A DNA stretch of 64,000 nucleotides from Convolutriloba macropyga (taxonomy: Eukaryota), in NCBI RefSeq assembly GCF_964194025.1, contig NC_134470.1, forward strand, positions 60,574,001 through 60,638,000, in the 5' to 3' direction. Positions 23,401-37,766 of the stretch are shown here, piece by piece (position 1 is the stretch's first letter; each line of letters begins with the position of its first letter). Under the pieces are notes generated by a model, which worked only from the letters and a program-made list of their open reading frames with translations, did not search any database and was not told where the DNA came from. Made by a program: the position numbers and the translations under genes.

Positions 23401-26143
23401 TAGCGAGCAGAGACCAAACTCTAAATTTGATTGCGCCATCCTTCTGCTGTTTCATCAACCGCATCGTAAAAATTAAGAAGTGGATTGTAAACGGTTTAAT
23501 ATGTAAAAGGTGCGCTCTATAGCTATGTGAGAAATGTTCCGACGGCTTATTCAAAGTTTTTCACAGGGAACTAACTAGGAAACAATTGCTTTAATCTCCT
23601 GAAAACATGTTGGTGTTGCTATTAAATGTGGAGCTGAAAACCTATGCACCCCTCAAAAATAAGTTCTGAGAAGTTCTTTAATTTTGAAAAAAAAAACTGA
23701 AAAGCTTGCAGAGTGACTTTAAAAATGATTTCAATTCTATTAAAAGATTTCCGTTTCCTATTATTTTTGAAACAGTAAAATCATTTTTCTCAGTTATAAC
23801 TCTTTTCTCGTCCTCCTGTCAGTTGCAGAATAATAGCGTTTATGATGATAACACTTATCTTTGCAGTTAGCCGGGCGGTGAACACCGGAGATCTTTTAGG
23901 TCAATTTCTTTTTCTTTAGCGTTGAGGCACAGTATCAACCAAATTAACTCAGTTTGTCAAGTATTCTCCATCGTTTTTGGTATCTCATGGACGGCATAAT
24001 TGCAGGATCGGATCAAGATCTCTCGGAGGCTTTAAATTACATAGATAGTGGAATAAAAGGAAACAAAAAAACAGCATGCTTTTTGTTGGTTCTGCCCTTG
24101 GAACCTTCAGTTTTGTAATTTAAATACCTGGTGGTCATTAAATGCATGATCCGTACACTCCTTCCGCTGCAACTATATGAAGTGGAATAAATTTTAACCG
24201 ATTTCGTCTGTTGGAATGAACCCTTACTGAGCACAAAAATCTGGGACCAATTGCAACAGTCAATCGAATATTTTTGAGAACAACCTTGTCCCTCAATCTC
24301 TAAGATTGGAGTTGGAATCAGCCAACCAATTGATCAACAAAAGCCACCTACGTCGACTCTGTCATGTAGTCATCTGGAATGGTGGAACCTATATCTGGAC
24401 TAACCTCAATGAAGGGTCCCTATCAGCTCCAATTTGCCGACAAAGTATTTTTTGCAGACATTTGGATTTTCTAATCAGCTGACCTGTCATTAGCCTGCAA
24501 GGGACTAGTTTGAGTTGTCTCAGCTTGTTCAATGCGTAACCCAGCTACAAGGATTTTTCTAGAGAGGCAATGATGTGAGTATAAAGCTGCATTCCGCGTG
24601 ATTATCATTACTCACCCAAACAGAGGGAAGTATCTCAAAAACTACTGTCGACCAATTCTAGAACAACAAAATTGCCAATATTTAATTTTGTATAATGCAA
24701 AACAAATGCAGTTTGCAGAAAGGTGAAGTAATTCACTATAGTTTCTTTCATTAAATTTTGATTGTGTTGTTCTGTAAAAATACTGAATAAATAGTTTTAA
24801 TTTAGATGTATTTTTATGACACTGAATTTGGACAAATACAATAAAATAATTGTACTCATGTTAATGTTTGTTATTCGTGGGCATTAACGTATTTGTGGGC
24901 AAATGTGTAGATTTTTGTCCAGTGTTATTCTATTGAAAAAAAATTGCTGGTCGTTTGTTGATTGTCTCCAAATTCGTTCTTGCCTTGAAAATGCTACTTG
25001 ATAAATTCAATTGAGGAGCAAAAAATTCCTCTTGAATAAACTAATTCTGTTTTGTTTTTGCATTTTTATTTATTTATTTTACATATTTTTTGGTGAACGC
25101 AGTTCAACAACCCCGCAACTATACTAAACATAAGTTGAGGTTTTTTCTAAGGCTATTTGTACTGTTGAAAAATTGCATGAGAAGGTTCAAATCAAAAAAT
25201 CAACATCCGCAAAACTCTCTAAATTTGTCCGGATCATATCAAATTCCGTAACTGAAAAGTGTTAGAATTTTTTCATATTGCATCCAAAAAACTCAACATC
25301 TCTATTTTCTTAAAATTTTTTGAATTGGATTGAACTTCCGGGAGGTTGGTGGCCATGCCAATAAGCACTGAATCATTCTGTAGAAATTCTGTTTTTTAGG
25401 ATGGCCAGTACTTTGTTCATGTTACAATATACACTGGTCAATCTTAATTTTTGAGTAAAAATTTACTGCATGAGAAATAACATGTCCAGCGTAACTCTCC
25501 TAAACCAGGTTTGTTATAAGTGCGATTCGAACTTCCAAGTGTGTACTTGTAACATTTAATTTGCGTTTCGAGTCGTAACCAATTAGATAAATGGACTTTT
25601 TGGTAGTTGCCTACAAACTAGCTTATTTACAAATAGGTGAGCATATTTTTATAGTAACTACCAGTTAGAGGCTACAAAAGTATAACATTTTTATGCCCAG
25701 GCATAAATTTGGTTATGAGTAATTTTCAGACTATGCAGGATAAACTTATCCTGGGCGAACTGTATGAGCTCAATGTAATTATAAGGAATAAAAAGTGCAC
25801 ATAAAAAACTTAAAATTTTCTGGAGATTCAATGTTTCAGAAGGCAATTTCGTTTTTACTATTGATATAGTAGCTGAAATGCTCTGTGTCTCAAGTCCGGG
25901 GCTCATCCTAGTTCATTCTAGTTTCCAAAAATTTCTAGTTTACTAGTTTTGAATCTTCCAATGCTATACGCAAAGGACGAACTTTTTTGTTTACTTATTT
26001 GCAATACAACATTGTTCTAGCTTTTCAATAAATCAGCGAACGTCAGTTGAAATAATTTCAGAAAGGCTAGGTAGGCATTTTGCGTTTATGCATCATGTTC
26101 CCATCCCTCTCATTCGCACACCTTGATCCAGCAGGATAAAATA

Positions 26144-26348
26144 GAGGGCGGCTAAATTTCTGTAACAAATTTTGGATCTTTTCCGTTGCTCCTCGCCCAG
26201 CCTAATGGATGCACACTATTTGCACCTCTCCGACAACGTTCCATGTTTTTATATAAAGATTGGCGCGTGCTCTGTAACTGAAAGAGCATAACGTACTGAG
26301 GGGAGGGCACAAAAAAAGATCCCAATTTTGTTAGACACCAGCTGCTCC
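26144..26348. mobile_element. Small degenerate MITE (possibly Tourist/Harbinger-like)
   Basis: Left TAACAAATTTTGGATCTTTTCCGTTGCTCCTCGCCCAG versus reverse complement of right TAACAAAATTGGGATCTTTTTTTGTGCCCTCCCTCAG. Ends GAGGGCGGC / GGAGCAGC, flanked by ATA and TAA. Confidence 0.45.
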
Positions 26349-29300
26349 TAAATAAGTACAGGTTTTCAAATTTAAGTACTTAAATGTTCTACTAATGGTC
26401 CTTTACAAATGGAAAAATTCTCATTTACTTGAAAATGAGACAATTTTCAAGGTCTTCAAAATGTCTGTTTTGCAGTTATAAAAATTTTGAAGCAGAGCCG
26501 ATTTGTTCAAAAGCGTATGTCTCGTTTTTTTTTTAGAATTTTATTGAATTTGATAAAAAACAATTTATAGCTTATATTTCATATTTTTATATTTTTTTTT
26601 TCGTTTTATTGTTAATTTGATTTAAATGCAATTAGATTCTCATCAGGTGAGATCATGGTCGCCAAAAAGCACTGCGTTAGCAAAAATTATAGTTTTGAGC
26701 TTTCCCTTAAAAAGGACTTGTTAATCATTGCTTTTTTTTGCCTTTTTTGTTGTAATGCTGTCCCACGTCGATTACACATAAGTCACCGATATCTTTTAAA
26801 AAATTGTTCTGCTGAAAAGAATAAAACTGGAAACAGCCTCTCATAACTTTATTATAGTTTAAATTTTGTTTTTTTTATGCAGTTGAAATTAACTATAAAA
26901 GTAGAATTAATTTATTGGACGTAAGTAATCCGTGATTATCACATAAAAACAAAATCTCAAAAGCTCCTCGAAAAGTTTTATTCAAATCAATACAAAAATT
27001 GTTTGCCCTCAATAAAGTTTTTCTTGCGCAATGCGTTAGAATTTACTACGATAAATATTTTTTCAGAGCTATGGCCTGATAGTTGTAGGGCAAGGTGTGT
27101 GATTCACACGCCAATTTTTGACTGTTCAATCCTACCTACGTGAATCTTTGAATCTTTTGTGTCACGATCACCTCTCACTTTACCCTAGCTTCAGGTTGAC
27201 CATAGCGTGGCCAATTTTGCCTGAAATGCTGGTACCAAGTGAAAGGTGCAGACGCAAAACATGACTATAATCAAAACGCAATAATGCTAATGAAAAACAC
27301 AGTATGAAATCTGGGTAATAAAAAGAAAATGTGCAGCTGAGAACAGGCCGCTGTATCCTAATACTGTTCCTCCCGCTGCTATTACGCAGAAACCACAACT
27401 ATTAATTAACTTATTATATATTGACGACAAAATTAATTGAGCAAAGGAAACCAGTTTGAACAAGTAGGAAACGAGCTAAATTTAAGTCGTCCTCTACGAG
27501 CTAAAAACATACGTGCCATTTAAAAACTAGGCACTTCTATCGAACCTGTTTCTATCAAGACTGCGATGGTCTGATACTCTGGCGGGTCGGTCTCAATCCT
27601 AGGTGACTCTCTTCTTGAAGATTAGCTTCAAGAACAATTCTGGTCTGTAGCGACTGTCACTACCTGATTTTGAACCAGCAAACAAGCTTGGTCAACGGCA
27701 TTTTGTATCTTAGCATGTTATTTAGGAATAATCATGTTTGCCAAAGGAGAAGTTGAAATAGATCTCGGATCTGTCGGAGTAATAAGTTAATTTTTATCAA
27801 TGTTTGAAGAAAGCTTAGAGTGATAGTGAATATGTCTGTTATTACAACTTTCCCCGCTTACCTATTCTTAATCAGTCGATACCACTAAGCGACTACTCTT
27901 ATCCTTACAAAATATAAATCCCTTATCATAAATTGGAATTCCAGCTGATGCAATTAACTTCAACTTACCTGGAATTTTGGGTGCTCGCCTCTTTAGCCGA
28001 CAAACTAAAGGACAGATTTTTCACATCAATCGGTCCATTTTGCTAAATTTTTGACATTTTTGATTTATTTTTTTACTGTCAACAAATATGATTCTACATT
28101 GCCTAAATAATTGGACGTTTGCTTGAAGAAAGTAATCAGAGCTTCTGCTTTCGAAGCCTTTCTGTTGTGATCACACAATGTGAAAAATATTAAGGTGAAC
28201 GAGATTAAGAAGTCAATTAATTTTCCGAATGTTGTCCGAGCCAATTTTTCCCTGCAACAATGAATTTCAACTATTTTATTTCAGGGAGTTTTATTTTTTA
28301 TTTTACTCAAGCTCAAACTTTGTCGGTTAACGCTGAATTTTTGCATTTGGCAGTGTCACAATAAGTTGTTTGCTAATTCAAAGTCTCGCATAAGAGCTCA
28401 ACCCTATTTCGTACGAGTCTTGTAGTCTAGCGTGTAGGTATTGAATTGACACTACAGATCTAGTCTTGCGCCCTTAGCATGAGTGAGCCCAGTTGCCAGA
28501 AACTAGCCCCTAATGCGGATCCAATAAAGCCGCTAATCCCCTTGCAGATTTTAATCCCCACCTAGTGGAACTACCCTTTAGTGTATGCCTTTTACCTGCC
28601 TTGGCTGCTCGGTGCCGTTATTCCGAAGTCATATTGGCCCGAACCCATTGCGCCACCCAATATATTTTAATCGGATCATTGTTTTTTGTGTTGAATGCAA
28701 AAGCGTTTTTAAACTAAATTTGGAGCCAACAAATTTTTGGACAGTTACATGCTCTGATAATTGAAAATTTCTTGGTTCATGAGACTTTAAATTTGAATCT
28801 TAGGATTTTTTCTTCAAAATTAAATTTCCTTCTTCAGTTGACCATTGTGCTACCCTGTTTCAATTCAAAATATGAGAAAACAATAACACTCTGAATCTTG
28901 AATTTTTAAATTGAAATAATTATTTTTGAAAGTAAAGTACTTCGTAGGAGCGAAAATCGGTCAAGGGCTTCATACGACCCCCCTTTGTCCATTCAAAATA
29001 TGGTTATGATTATGCGCAACAAAATTATCTGCTATCCCCATTTCTGTCTCAATCGTGCAGAGGACCCGTGTCAACCCCTCCTCCTCTCTCCCCGCGTGTC
29101 CACCCCTGTCTAAGGAAGGTACTTAATCCCCTGCCATAATACATAGACCCCTTTCGAACCCCTTCTCTCAAACTTTACCATGGACAAAAACACTTACTAC
29201 AAACGTTTCCAATTTTTCCTTATTCAACTTTTATCACTGCTAGAATATCGACTATCAAATGCTTTAAACTCACCTAGCTCTTAAACACCGTTAAATTACG

Positions 29301-30332
29301 CAAATATTCTCAAAAATTTTGGTAGTAAATTTCCAAATAAATGTGACTTAATGCTACAGGGATTATCAAATCTGAGCTGCGGTTTTGATATATTAAAAGA
29401 TTGCTTACTACTTAAAACTACTACAGTTATTATTTGTAGTTATATCGTGTTATTATGTTCTGGCACCTACAAACGTGACTTCCAGCTGAGTAGTTTCGAA
29501 TTTTCCAGGCTCCTAAAATTTTTCTGGACAAAATTTTTAAATATAATCTTTGTATTTTTGGTTTTGCAACAATATCACTTAGCATTTTGGCTGTAAAAAA
29601 GTACGATTTGAGCTGCGTTTTTTTCAAAACTTTCGTTTAGTACAGAAAAGGTTGTTTTCAAAGATTTCTTAAAAATTTTTTGTATGTCAAAATTTTTGAG
29701 GTAGAGTAGAAAAAAGTCAAAAGGCATGTTTCATTTTAATGCAGTCTTTAAAAGCTTTTCTAGGTAAACTCCGAAACTGAATGTAATTTTTGAAAGTTTT
29801 TTCTCGTATCGATGTTCCCTTTTAAGAGTGGAAAATGATTCTAATGAAAACATAAAGTCTCAAAAAAAAATCAACTTAAGAAACCNNNNNNNNNNNNNNN
29901 NNNNNNNNNNNNNNNNNNNNNNNNNNNNNNNNNNNNNNNNNNNNNNNNNNNNNNNNNNNNNNNNNNNNNNNNNNNNNNNNNNNNNNNNNNNNNNNNNNNN
30001 NNNNNNNNNNNNNNNNNNNNNNNNNNNNNNNNNNNNNNNNNNNNNNNNNNNNNNNNNNNNNNNNNNNNNNNNNNNNNNNNNNNNNTATACATTTGATATA
30101 TATTTGATATATATTATTTATTATATATATATATATATGTACATTTATATATAAATATTTATATGTATATAAAAATATATGATATGATTGATTATTTTCT
30201 ATCTTAACCGGATTTACACGCCTATCTGTTTATTTTGAAAGTTTTCTATGAGTTGATTAGGATTCAACAAAACCATAAAATCACTGGAAATTACCAATTT
30301 ATGATATTTTCATTAGCTGAATAGAATAGTTT

Positions 30333-33313
30333 TTGTTCCGACCCACATTAGTGGAGGAGGAACTATATACTCAAACGGGTTTTTTTGTTCAGACAGTTTT
30401 GGTCGATCGATTTAATCATCGTAGAGAGTTGTGAGTAGAATTATTAGAAAACCCGTCCAGCGTAGAATATGGAATTAAAGAGATTTTTGCATTTTCCTTG
30501 TTTTTTATAAGGAGTTATCGAAATTCAAAGTTTTGTGAATATTAGACGTAATTCAGCTGTTTTACTTCACATTTTCAGTATTTTTGATCAAATTTTCGTC
30601 ATTTTTGTTAACCTATGTTAAAATTGTTCAACATAGTGTAATTGATTTTATCTCTAAAATTATCTCTAAAGATAGAGGAGGGCTGCTAAATTGTTCGATA
30701 AGAGTTTTTTGGCTAGAATTCATGAAAGTTTTTTGAAAACACAGATTTTTTCAAAAATGTCACCAAATTTGCTTTTTTTAGATCACTTAATTTAAATTCG
30801 CCAAAAATAGACATCTGAAATCTGAACCCATATTTTTTGTAAGCTCAAAAAAAGCTAGTTGTACTTCCGCTGGCTTTATGGGTATTCTGGAATTATTATT
30901 TTGCCAGTTTTTTGCAAATTTAAATTCGACAATCGAACAAAATGCATTATTTTTTTGGCAAATTGAAAAATTCAGTTTGAAAATAAATCTATTTTGCAAC
31001 CCTTTGAACAAATGAGTGTTTTGTTAGACACGCAAGAAAATTGTAGTTGATCTTGATATCACCATGGATTCCTACGATAAAAAATAACTAGATTTTAATC
31101 AGGCGCGAACTTTTTTCCAAAATATTTCTGCTATGTTTTTGTAAATTACTGTCAAGAATTGAAAAGCAGTGCCCAATTAATAACAGATTTTTTCCCACAA
31201 ACAAGGCCCAACAAGATTATATTATTGTTTCAGAGTTAAGCTTATGGATTTTATGGCTCTGACCAATCGTTTTCGTAAAAATTTTACGGACATTTTGAGT
31301 TTTGCTTTCTTTTGTTAAATTTTTTGTAGCCCAATGACTTAGTGTCCAAAATCAAGGGTCCACTTAGTTTTTTAGAGGAACAATTCAAACTTGACAATTG
31401 TTATCCAAGGTCTTTTATGACTTTGAATATATTTGTTTTATAGAAATATCGGTGAATTTTTGACCTTGCCACTGTTTTATCTTATTTCTCTCAACTTCGG
31501 GCGCAATTTCAGTAAAAACAAGCAAAACCCAAAATCGATTATGCCGGTATTATGCCAATATTATGAGTTAAAAATTAATGCCGGTAACGGTTTTGTATTC
31601 AACTAATGGTTTCTTGGTTTTGATATTACGCGTTTTCAATTTTTTTCATTTTTGAGCATAATTGCATATTTTTTGAGTTCCTTTGTTTCCTTGTCAAATT
31701 ATCACATTATTGACAAGTACAATTGAAGGAAATCATAGTAGAGAAATTGCACAATTTTGGCACAAAGGGGCGTACCATTATATGTTAACTGTGTTTGTTG
31801 AATAGTTTTTGCTTTTTGGGCTGGGACAGAGTTATCTCGCAAAACTTTCTGCATTTTTTTGTGTTTGCTTATGTTTGTCCGATTTTTTGTTGTTGTACGC
31901 CATATATCTGAGATTTACAGGTCTCATTTGTTTCTGCAGGAGCTATACCTCAATTGAGTTAAAGATTTCAGTTTTTAACTGTTTGTATTAATAACTTTCA
32001 AGTTAAAATTCAAAGAAAAGAAATTTTTTATTTCAACTGACTTTTTTTTGCTTTGTATTTTTGTCACCATGTAACTCAATCGTTAGAAGCCTCTATTACT
32101 TTTGTTGATTCAAACATTTCTTTGCGATTGTTTGTGCGTTGTGACTGATTGCTTTGACCATTTAGTTTCGTAAGAAGTTTTCGAGATTTATATACTGTTC
32201 AATTTTTTGGCTTTCTTTTTGTCATATCTACGCAGTCCCTCTATAAGGAAGACTCGTTGATGTTAAGATAAGGAGACAAAGATGGCATAATTTTCTTGCA
32301 GTTAACATCTTATATTTATAGTGCCATGAACAGTGTGACGTCATAAAATTGTTTGAAGTCTTGGTTTCTTTACGTATTTGTTGTTATTTTGTGGGGTCGT
32401 GAAATAGTCTCAGTTTTAACAAGCTCAATTGCTTCCTGGGGTATTGCATCTTAATTCATCGCTGTTTATTGAAATCTTATGTCTTTTATGATTTTTGAAA
32501 ATAATTGTTTTCGAGATTCGTCTTTTTTAAAATAGTTTTTCTATCGATTTGTAGCTCAGTGTCTATAAACACAGGTCACAACTCGTTTCCAGTGCGCTAT
32601 AATTTATTCTGTATAACTGTTTTAACTTCAACCATTTTTTTCTCGGCTTTATTACTAGAGTTACTACGAGATTTTATAAAGTGTTTGAGATTTTAGTTAT
32701 TTGTACGTTTTAAAGGATTTTCGTTTTCCTTTTAATTTAAAACCATAATCGTAAATCCCCATGGCTTGCAAATTTTGCGCAAAAGGAAAAAGGATAATGA
32801 CAGGTCCCAGTTGCTTACCTTGGAGATGTAAACGAACATTTGAATGATTTCAGTTGATATCTAATGATATTAATAACTGAAATTAATTGTTTTCAAAAAA
32901 ATAAGCGTATTTTTGAACTTCGCACCTCTTTGCTCTTTTTGTTGACCTGTAAACTAGTCACTTTGAGGACAGATCCATACTTTTTTTTATGAAATATAGG
33001 TGAAATTGTTTTGTTTAGATTTTCTCTGATGCGAGGTTGTTTTTCTTATGATTTCTTTTTATTATAGACATCGAGTTTTTGTCAAAATATTGTTCGTTGT
33101 TTGATTTTTCTTATTGTTCTTTTAGTAGTCCTATCATGAACAACTTTCATCGGCCCTCTAGCGTGGCATTATTGTATTCCACTGGTTGTTTATTGAACGA
33201 TATGTATGTTTTGAAAGTTTTTCTTTCTCTTCATCATTTTGTGGCCAACTAAGTCAAATATGTGATAAGCGGGGGTCGGAACATTATATGCGTACGCACA
33301 TTACCTCCCTGTT
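30333..33313 (+). mobile_element. DINE-1/Helentron-like non-autonomous element (HINE), copy 1
   Basis: 5' subTIR TTGTTCCGACCC with nearby partial IR GGAGGAAC. 3' subTIR GGGTCGGAACA, hairpin ATGCG-TA-CGCAC, end ...CTGTT. Interior homologous to 51030-53530 and 59041-61398. Confidence 0.7.
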
Positions 33314-36300
33314 ATTGTAATAGAACAATTGTTCTAGGGTAATCATAGTTTCTCAGTGCAATATATTTTTACAAGTGGTAGCTAGAAATTTAAAAAAATT
33401 GGATCAGCTTCTGTGCCCGAATATATAAAAAACATAATAGTATNNNNNNNNNNNNNNNNNNNNNNNNNNNNNNNNNNNNNNNNNNNNNNNNNNNNNNNNN
33501 NNNNNNNNNNNNNNNNNNNNNNNNNNNNNNNNNNNNNNNNNNNNNNNNNNNNNNNNNNNNNNNNNNNNNNNNNNNNNNNNNNNNNNNNNNNNNNNNNNNN
33601 NNAACTAAACCCATTCAGTACTGGCTACACAATGCCCGTGGTTTACTATTATAACCGAATTTTTGGACACATATCTAATAAGATCTTTTGTCTAATTGTA
33701 AAAACTTTAAAGGGTGTGAAAGTTTCTTGCGATTTCTTTCAGGGTGGTCATATGTCGACTTGCAGCAATCAATAGGCGTTTTTACGCAAATTTTTATGCA
33801 AATTGTTGCATGATAGGCAAAGGTTCTTGTTTTGTGAATTATTACTTCATCTTTTATAATAAACACAATAATANNNNNNNNNNNNNNNNNNNNNNNNNNN
33901 NNNNNNNNNNNNNNNNNNNNNNNNNNNNNNNNNNNNNNNNNNNNNNNNNNNNNNNNNNNNNNNNNNNNNNNNNNNNNNNNNNNNNNNNNNNNNNNNNNNN
34001 NNNNNNNNNNNNNNNNNNNNNTTATTGTCAATATTATTATCACCACCGTTATTAGGATTACCACCATCATCATTGCCATCATCATGATCATCAGTTTCAA
34101 TTTTAAGAAAATGTTTGATCGAATTATTGAACATGAAACCAAACTTTTAATCAGAGGCCTTTAACATGATTTAGTTTTGTCACACTAGCTATTTCGGTGT
34201 GGGTTAGATATTTTAAACCGTTTGCAACTCACATTGCCCAAAATATAAAAGATCCCAATATTTGCTACACTAAAGCGCTTTGAACGTTCTCCAGGAGAGC
34301 ATATAAGTTGCTAATAATGGGCTAATGGAAAACCATTTGAGTGTAAATTGTATGTACACACCCCCTCGTTTTATTGGAGCCTAAATCAATTAGTGACCTT
34401 GAAATAAGGTATAGTATCAAAGCCTGTTAAAGATATCTTTTGACCTCTGTTAAATACCAACATTAGACTGAGTTGACTACAATAAAGGGAAAACAAATCT
34501 CTTTTTAACCTTGATTATTCTTTTTCCTGACCGAGTTTCTTTTGGGCTCGTCAAAAGCACTCTTTTAAACGGTCTTTGTTCTTCCGAATCAACGATAGAA
34601 TTAATTGCTGCACTAGCATTTTCTCTATAGTAGCTCTCATGTAAGCACTGTTTTTTTTAATATTTGCCAAAAAATGGTTAACCAGCTGACGAAAGCAGAA
34701 ATTTTGTAGGAAAGAAACTTATTATACCCTACCTTCTGTTTATATTTTTTGCTCTTAATTTTGTTGATTATGCAATAATTGGGAGTCCAAAGGTGGTTAC
34801 AAATAGAAACGGAGACGTTCACGTCAATATTGAATACTTTTTTGATATGTTCTTCAATGATGTACCAAACACAGCAGGTTGATGAAATTCGTTTGCACAT
34901 CAGGTCTGTTCATCAAATTAGTTGCTAAAACCAGAGAAAACAAAAGAACCGAGGTAAGGAATTTTGAATAAGATACTCAGCTAGCAAAAAAAGTCCCAAA
35001 AAACAATCCAAAGAACTGAATGAAAATCGGTTCCACTATTTAAACAGCGAAAAACAAAGAAAATTTACGAAACAAATGACAAACATAGTTTCACAAAATT
35101 ATAGTAAAACCTAAACACTCTCAGGATAATTGTGTTGAACACAATAGTTATTGATCAAAATTTTCAGGAGGCCAGTCTAGAAAATTTCGAAATCGAAGGC
35201 AAAAATTAATTGATAAACTGACATAAAAATTTAGAAGTTTGCAAAAAATACAAAAGATTCAATTCAGTTTCTAGATGACAGATCTTATTGTCTTCAAAAC
35301 CAAAGCTGAAACACATAATCTTGACTTGAGTTCATGAAATTTAAGAAAAGACAAAATTTTTCACAAAAAGATGCTTAGAAGCCTAAATGACTTTTGTCGA
35401 TTCAAACATTTTTTTGCGATTGTTTGTGCGTTGTGACTTATTGCTTTGACCATTTAGTTTCGTAAGTTTTCGAGATTTATAAACTGTTCAATTTTTTGGC
35501 TGTCTTTTTGTCATATCTACGTAGTCCCTCTATAAGGAAGACTAGTCGATGTAAAGATAAAGAGAAAAAGATAACATAAGGTTCTTGCAGTTAACATCTT
35601 ATAATTATAGTGCCATGAACAGTGTGATGTCAAAAAATTGTTTGAAGTTTTGGCTTCTTCACGTATTTAATATTATTTTGTGGGGTCGTGACTTAGTATC
35701 ATTTTTAACAAGCCCAATTGGCTTCCTCGGGTATTGCATCTGAATCCATCGCTTTTTATTGAAATCTTAAGTCTGTTATGATATTTGAAAAAAATTGTTT
35801 TCAAAAACATATTTATGTTTTTGAGCTTCGTCTTTTTTTAATAGTTTTTTTGATCAATTTGTAGCTCAGCTTCTATAAACACAGGTCACAACTCGTTTCA
35901 GTGAGCTATATTTTATTCTGCATAACGGTTTAGCTTCAAATATTTTTTTCGGCTTTCTTACTAGAGTTATTACGAGATTTCGTAAAGTGTTTGAGATTTT
36001 AGTTATTGTTAAGTTTTAAAGGGTTTTTGTTTTCCTTTTAATTGATGACAATAATCGTAAACCCCAACGGCTTGCAAATTTTGTGCAAAGGGAAAAGGGA
36101 TAATGACAGGTCTCAGTTGCTTCCCTTGGAGATGTAAATGAACATTTGCGTGATTTCAGTTGATATCTAATGACATAAATAACTGAAATTAATTGTTTTC
36201 AAAAAACAAACGTTTTTTTGAACTTCGCGCCTCTTTGCTCTTTTTGTCGACCTGTCAACTAGTCCCTTTGAGGACAGATCCACACTTATTTTAATAAAAC

Positions 36301-36776
36301 ATAGGTGAAATTTTTTTGTTTGGATTTTCTCTGATGCGAGATTGTTTTTGTTATGATTTCTTTTTATTATAGACATCGAGTTTTTGTCAAAAAAACGTTT
36401 GTTGTTTGATTTTTTTTTCATTGACTTTTTTAGTAGTCCTATTATCAACAACTTTGATTGGCCCTCTAGCGTGGCATTATTGTATTCCATTGGTTGTTTA
36501 CTGAACGATATGTATGTGTTGAAAGTTTTCTTTCTCTTCATCATTTTGTGGCCAATTAAGTCAAATATGTGATGAGTGGGGGTCGGAACATTATATGCGT
36601 ACGCACATTACCGAGTCTACTTGTTAATGTTATAGAACAATTGTTTTAGGGTAATCATAATTTCTCAGCGCTATATATTCTCACAAGTGGTAGCTATTAA
36701 TTGCTTTAATTGGATCAACTTCTGTGCCCGAATATATAAAAAACATAATAGTATATTATTTGCGCTTTGAAATGCA

Positions 36777-36807
36777 CAGACACACACACACAAAAACACA
36801 CATATAT

Positions 36808-36862
<55 letters not shown>

Positions 36863-36863
36863 T
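36777..36863. repeat. (CA)n(TA)n microsatellite
   Basis: Seen directly. The paralogous position in copy 1 is the N-gap 33444-33602. Confidence 0.95.
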
Positions 36864-37103
36864 AGTTGAAAAAAGTTTCGGCTGAACTAGACCCATTCAG
36901 TTCTGGCTACACCATGCACATGGTTTACTATTATAACCGAATTTTAGGACACCTATCTAATAAGATTTTTGTCTAATTGTAAAAACTTTAAAGGATCTGA
37001 AAGTTTCTTGCGATTTCTTTCATTGTTGTCATATGTCGACTTACAGCAATCAATAGGCGTTTTTACGCAAATTTTTATGCAAATTGTTGCATGATAGGCA
37101 TAG

Positions 37104-37766
37104 CCCTAGTCAAGACCAGATGGTTTTCTTGCAAGATCTTCCAAGATTCTTGCGAAAAATGGTTATCTTGCACGATCTTGCAAGAAAATGGTTATCTTGC
37201 AAGTTTCTTGCAAGTTCGATCCTATCGAGCTCTGCTATCATTGGTTGTTTTAGACGCATTATCTTTCATTTAGCGCAAACTATTACCAAAATATAGTGGA
37301 AGGAGTTTTCAAAGATCATTTGAAGCAAAATTTATATCAGATATCTGTAATTTATTACAGCCGGTGTTTTAATACTGGTCACTCTCTTTTATTTACATTA
37401 ATTCGTGCTTCAAATTTCTTGTTTTGCTACTATTGAAAACACTTTACTTTCTTTTTCTAAATTGATTCAATTTTTAGTTTGAGCGGAAAAAAACAAAGTT
37501 GATGCTCTTTTGGTTGTAACGATGTATCACAATGTAAAAAAAATTGATGGGAAGCGTCTCATTTTGATCTTGTTCGATCATGTTCATTTTATTTGCATAT
37601 TTGCAAGATGAATGGTTATTTTGAAAAATTCTTGATAGACAAAGGTTTATCTTGCAAGATTTTGCAAGATTTTGGAAGAAAATCTTGCAAGACGATGTAT
37701 CGTCTTGCAAGATTTTGCCAGAATCTTGCAAGATCTTGCAAGATAACCATTTGTTAACGACTGGGG
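37104..37766. mobile_element. MITE family B (CCC...GGG termini, 2-bp TSD AG)
   Basis: TIR CCCTAGTCAAGACCAGATGGTTTTCTTGCAAGATCTT versus reverse complement CCCCAGTCGTTAACAAATGGTTATCTTGCAAGATCTT, TCTTGCAAGA subterminal repeats, AG at 37102-37103 and 37767-37768. Empty paralogous site with a single AG at 33821-33822. Confidence 0.9.

Noticed and set aside
23860-24580. GC-richer stretch that might be a decayed retroelement or exons (weak TDHA motif on the minus strand)
   Set aside because: No sustained frame and no second supporting motif.
28420-28660. Possible solo LTR (TGTAG start, AATAAA, GC-richer)
   Set aside because: No clear CA end, TSD or second copy in the window.
36167-36544. 125-aa Lys-rich minus-strand ORF
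   Set aside because: Lies in the non-coding HINE interior, and the frame is broken in the paralogous copies.
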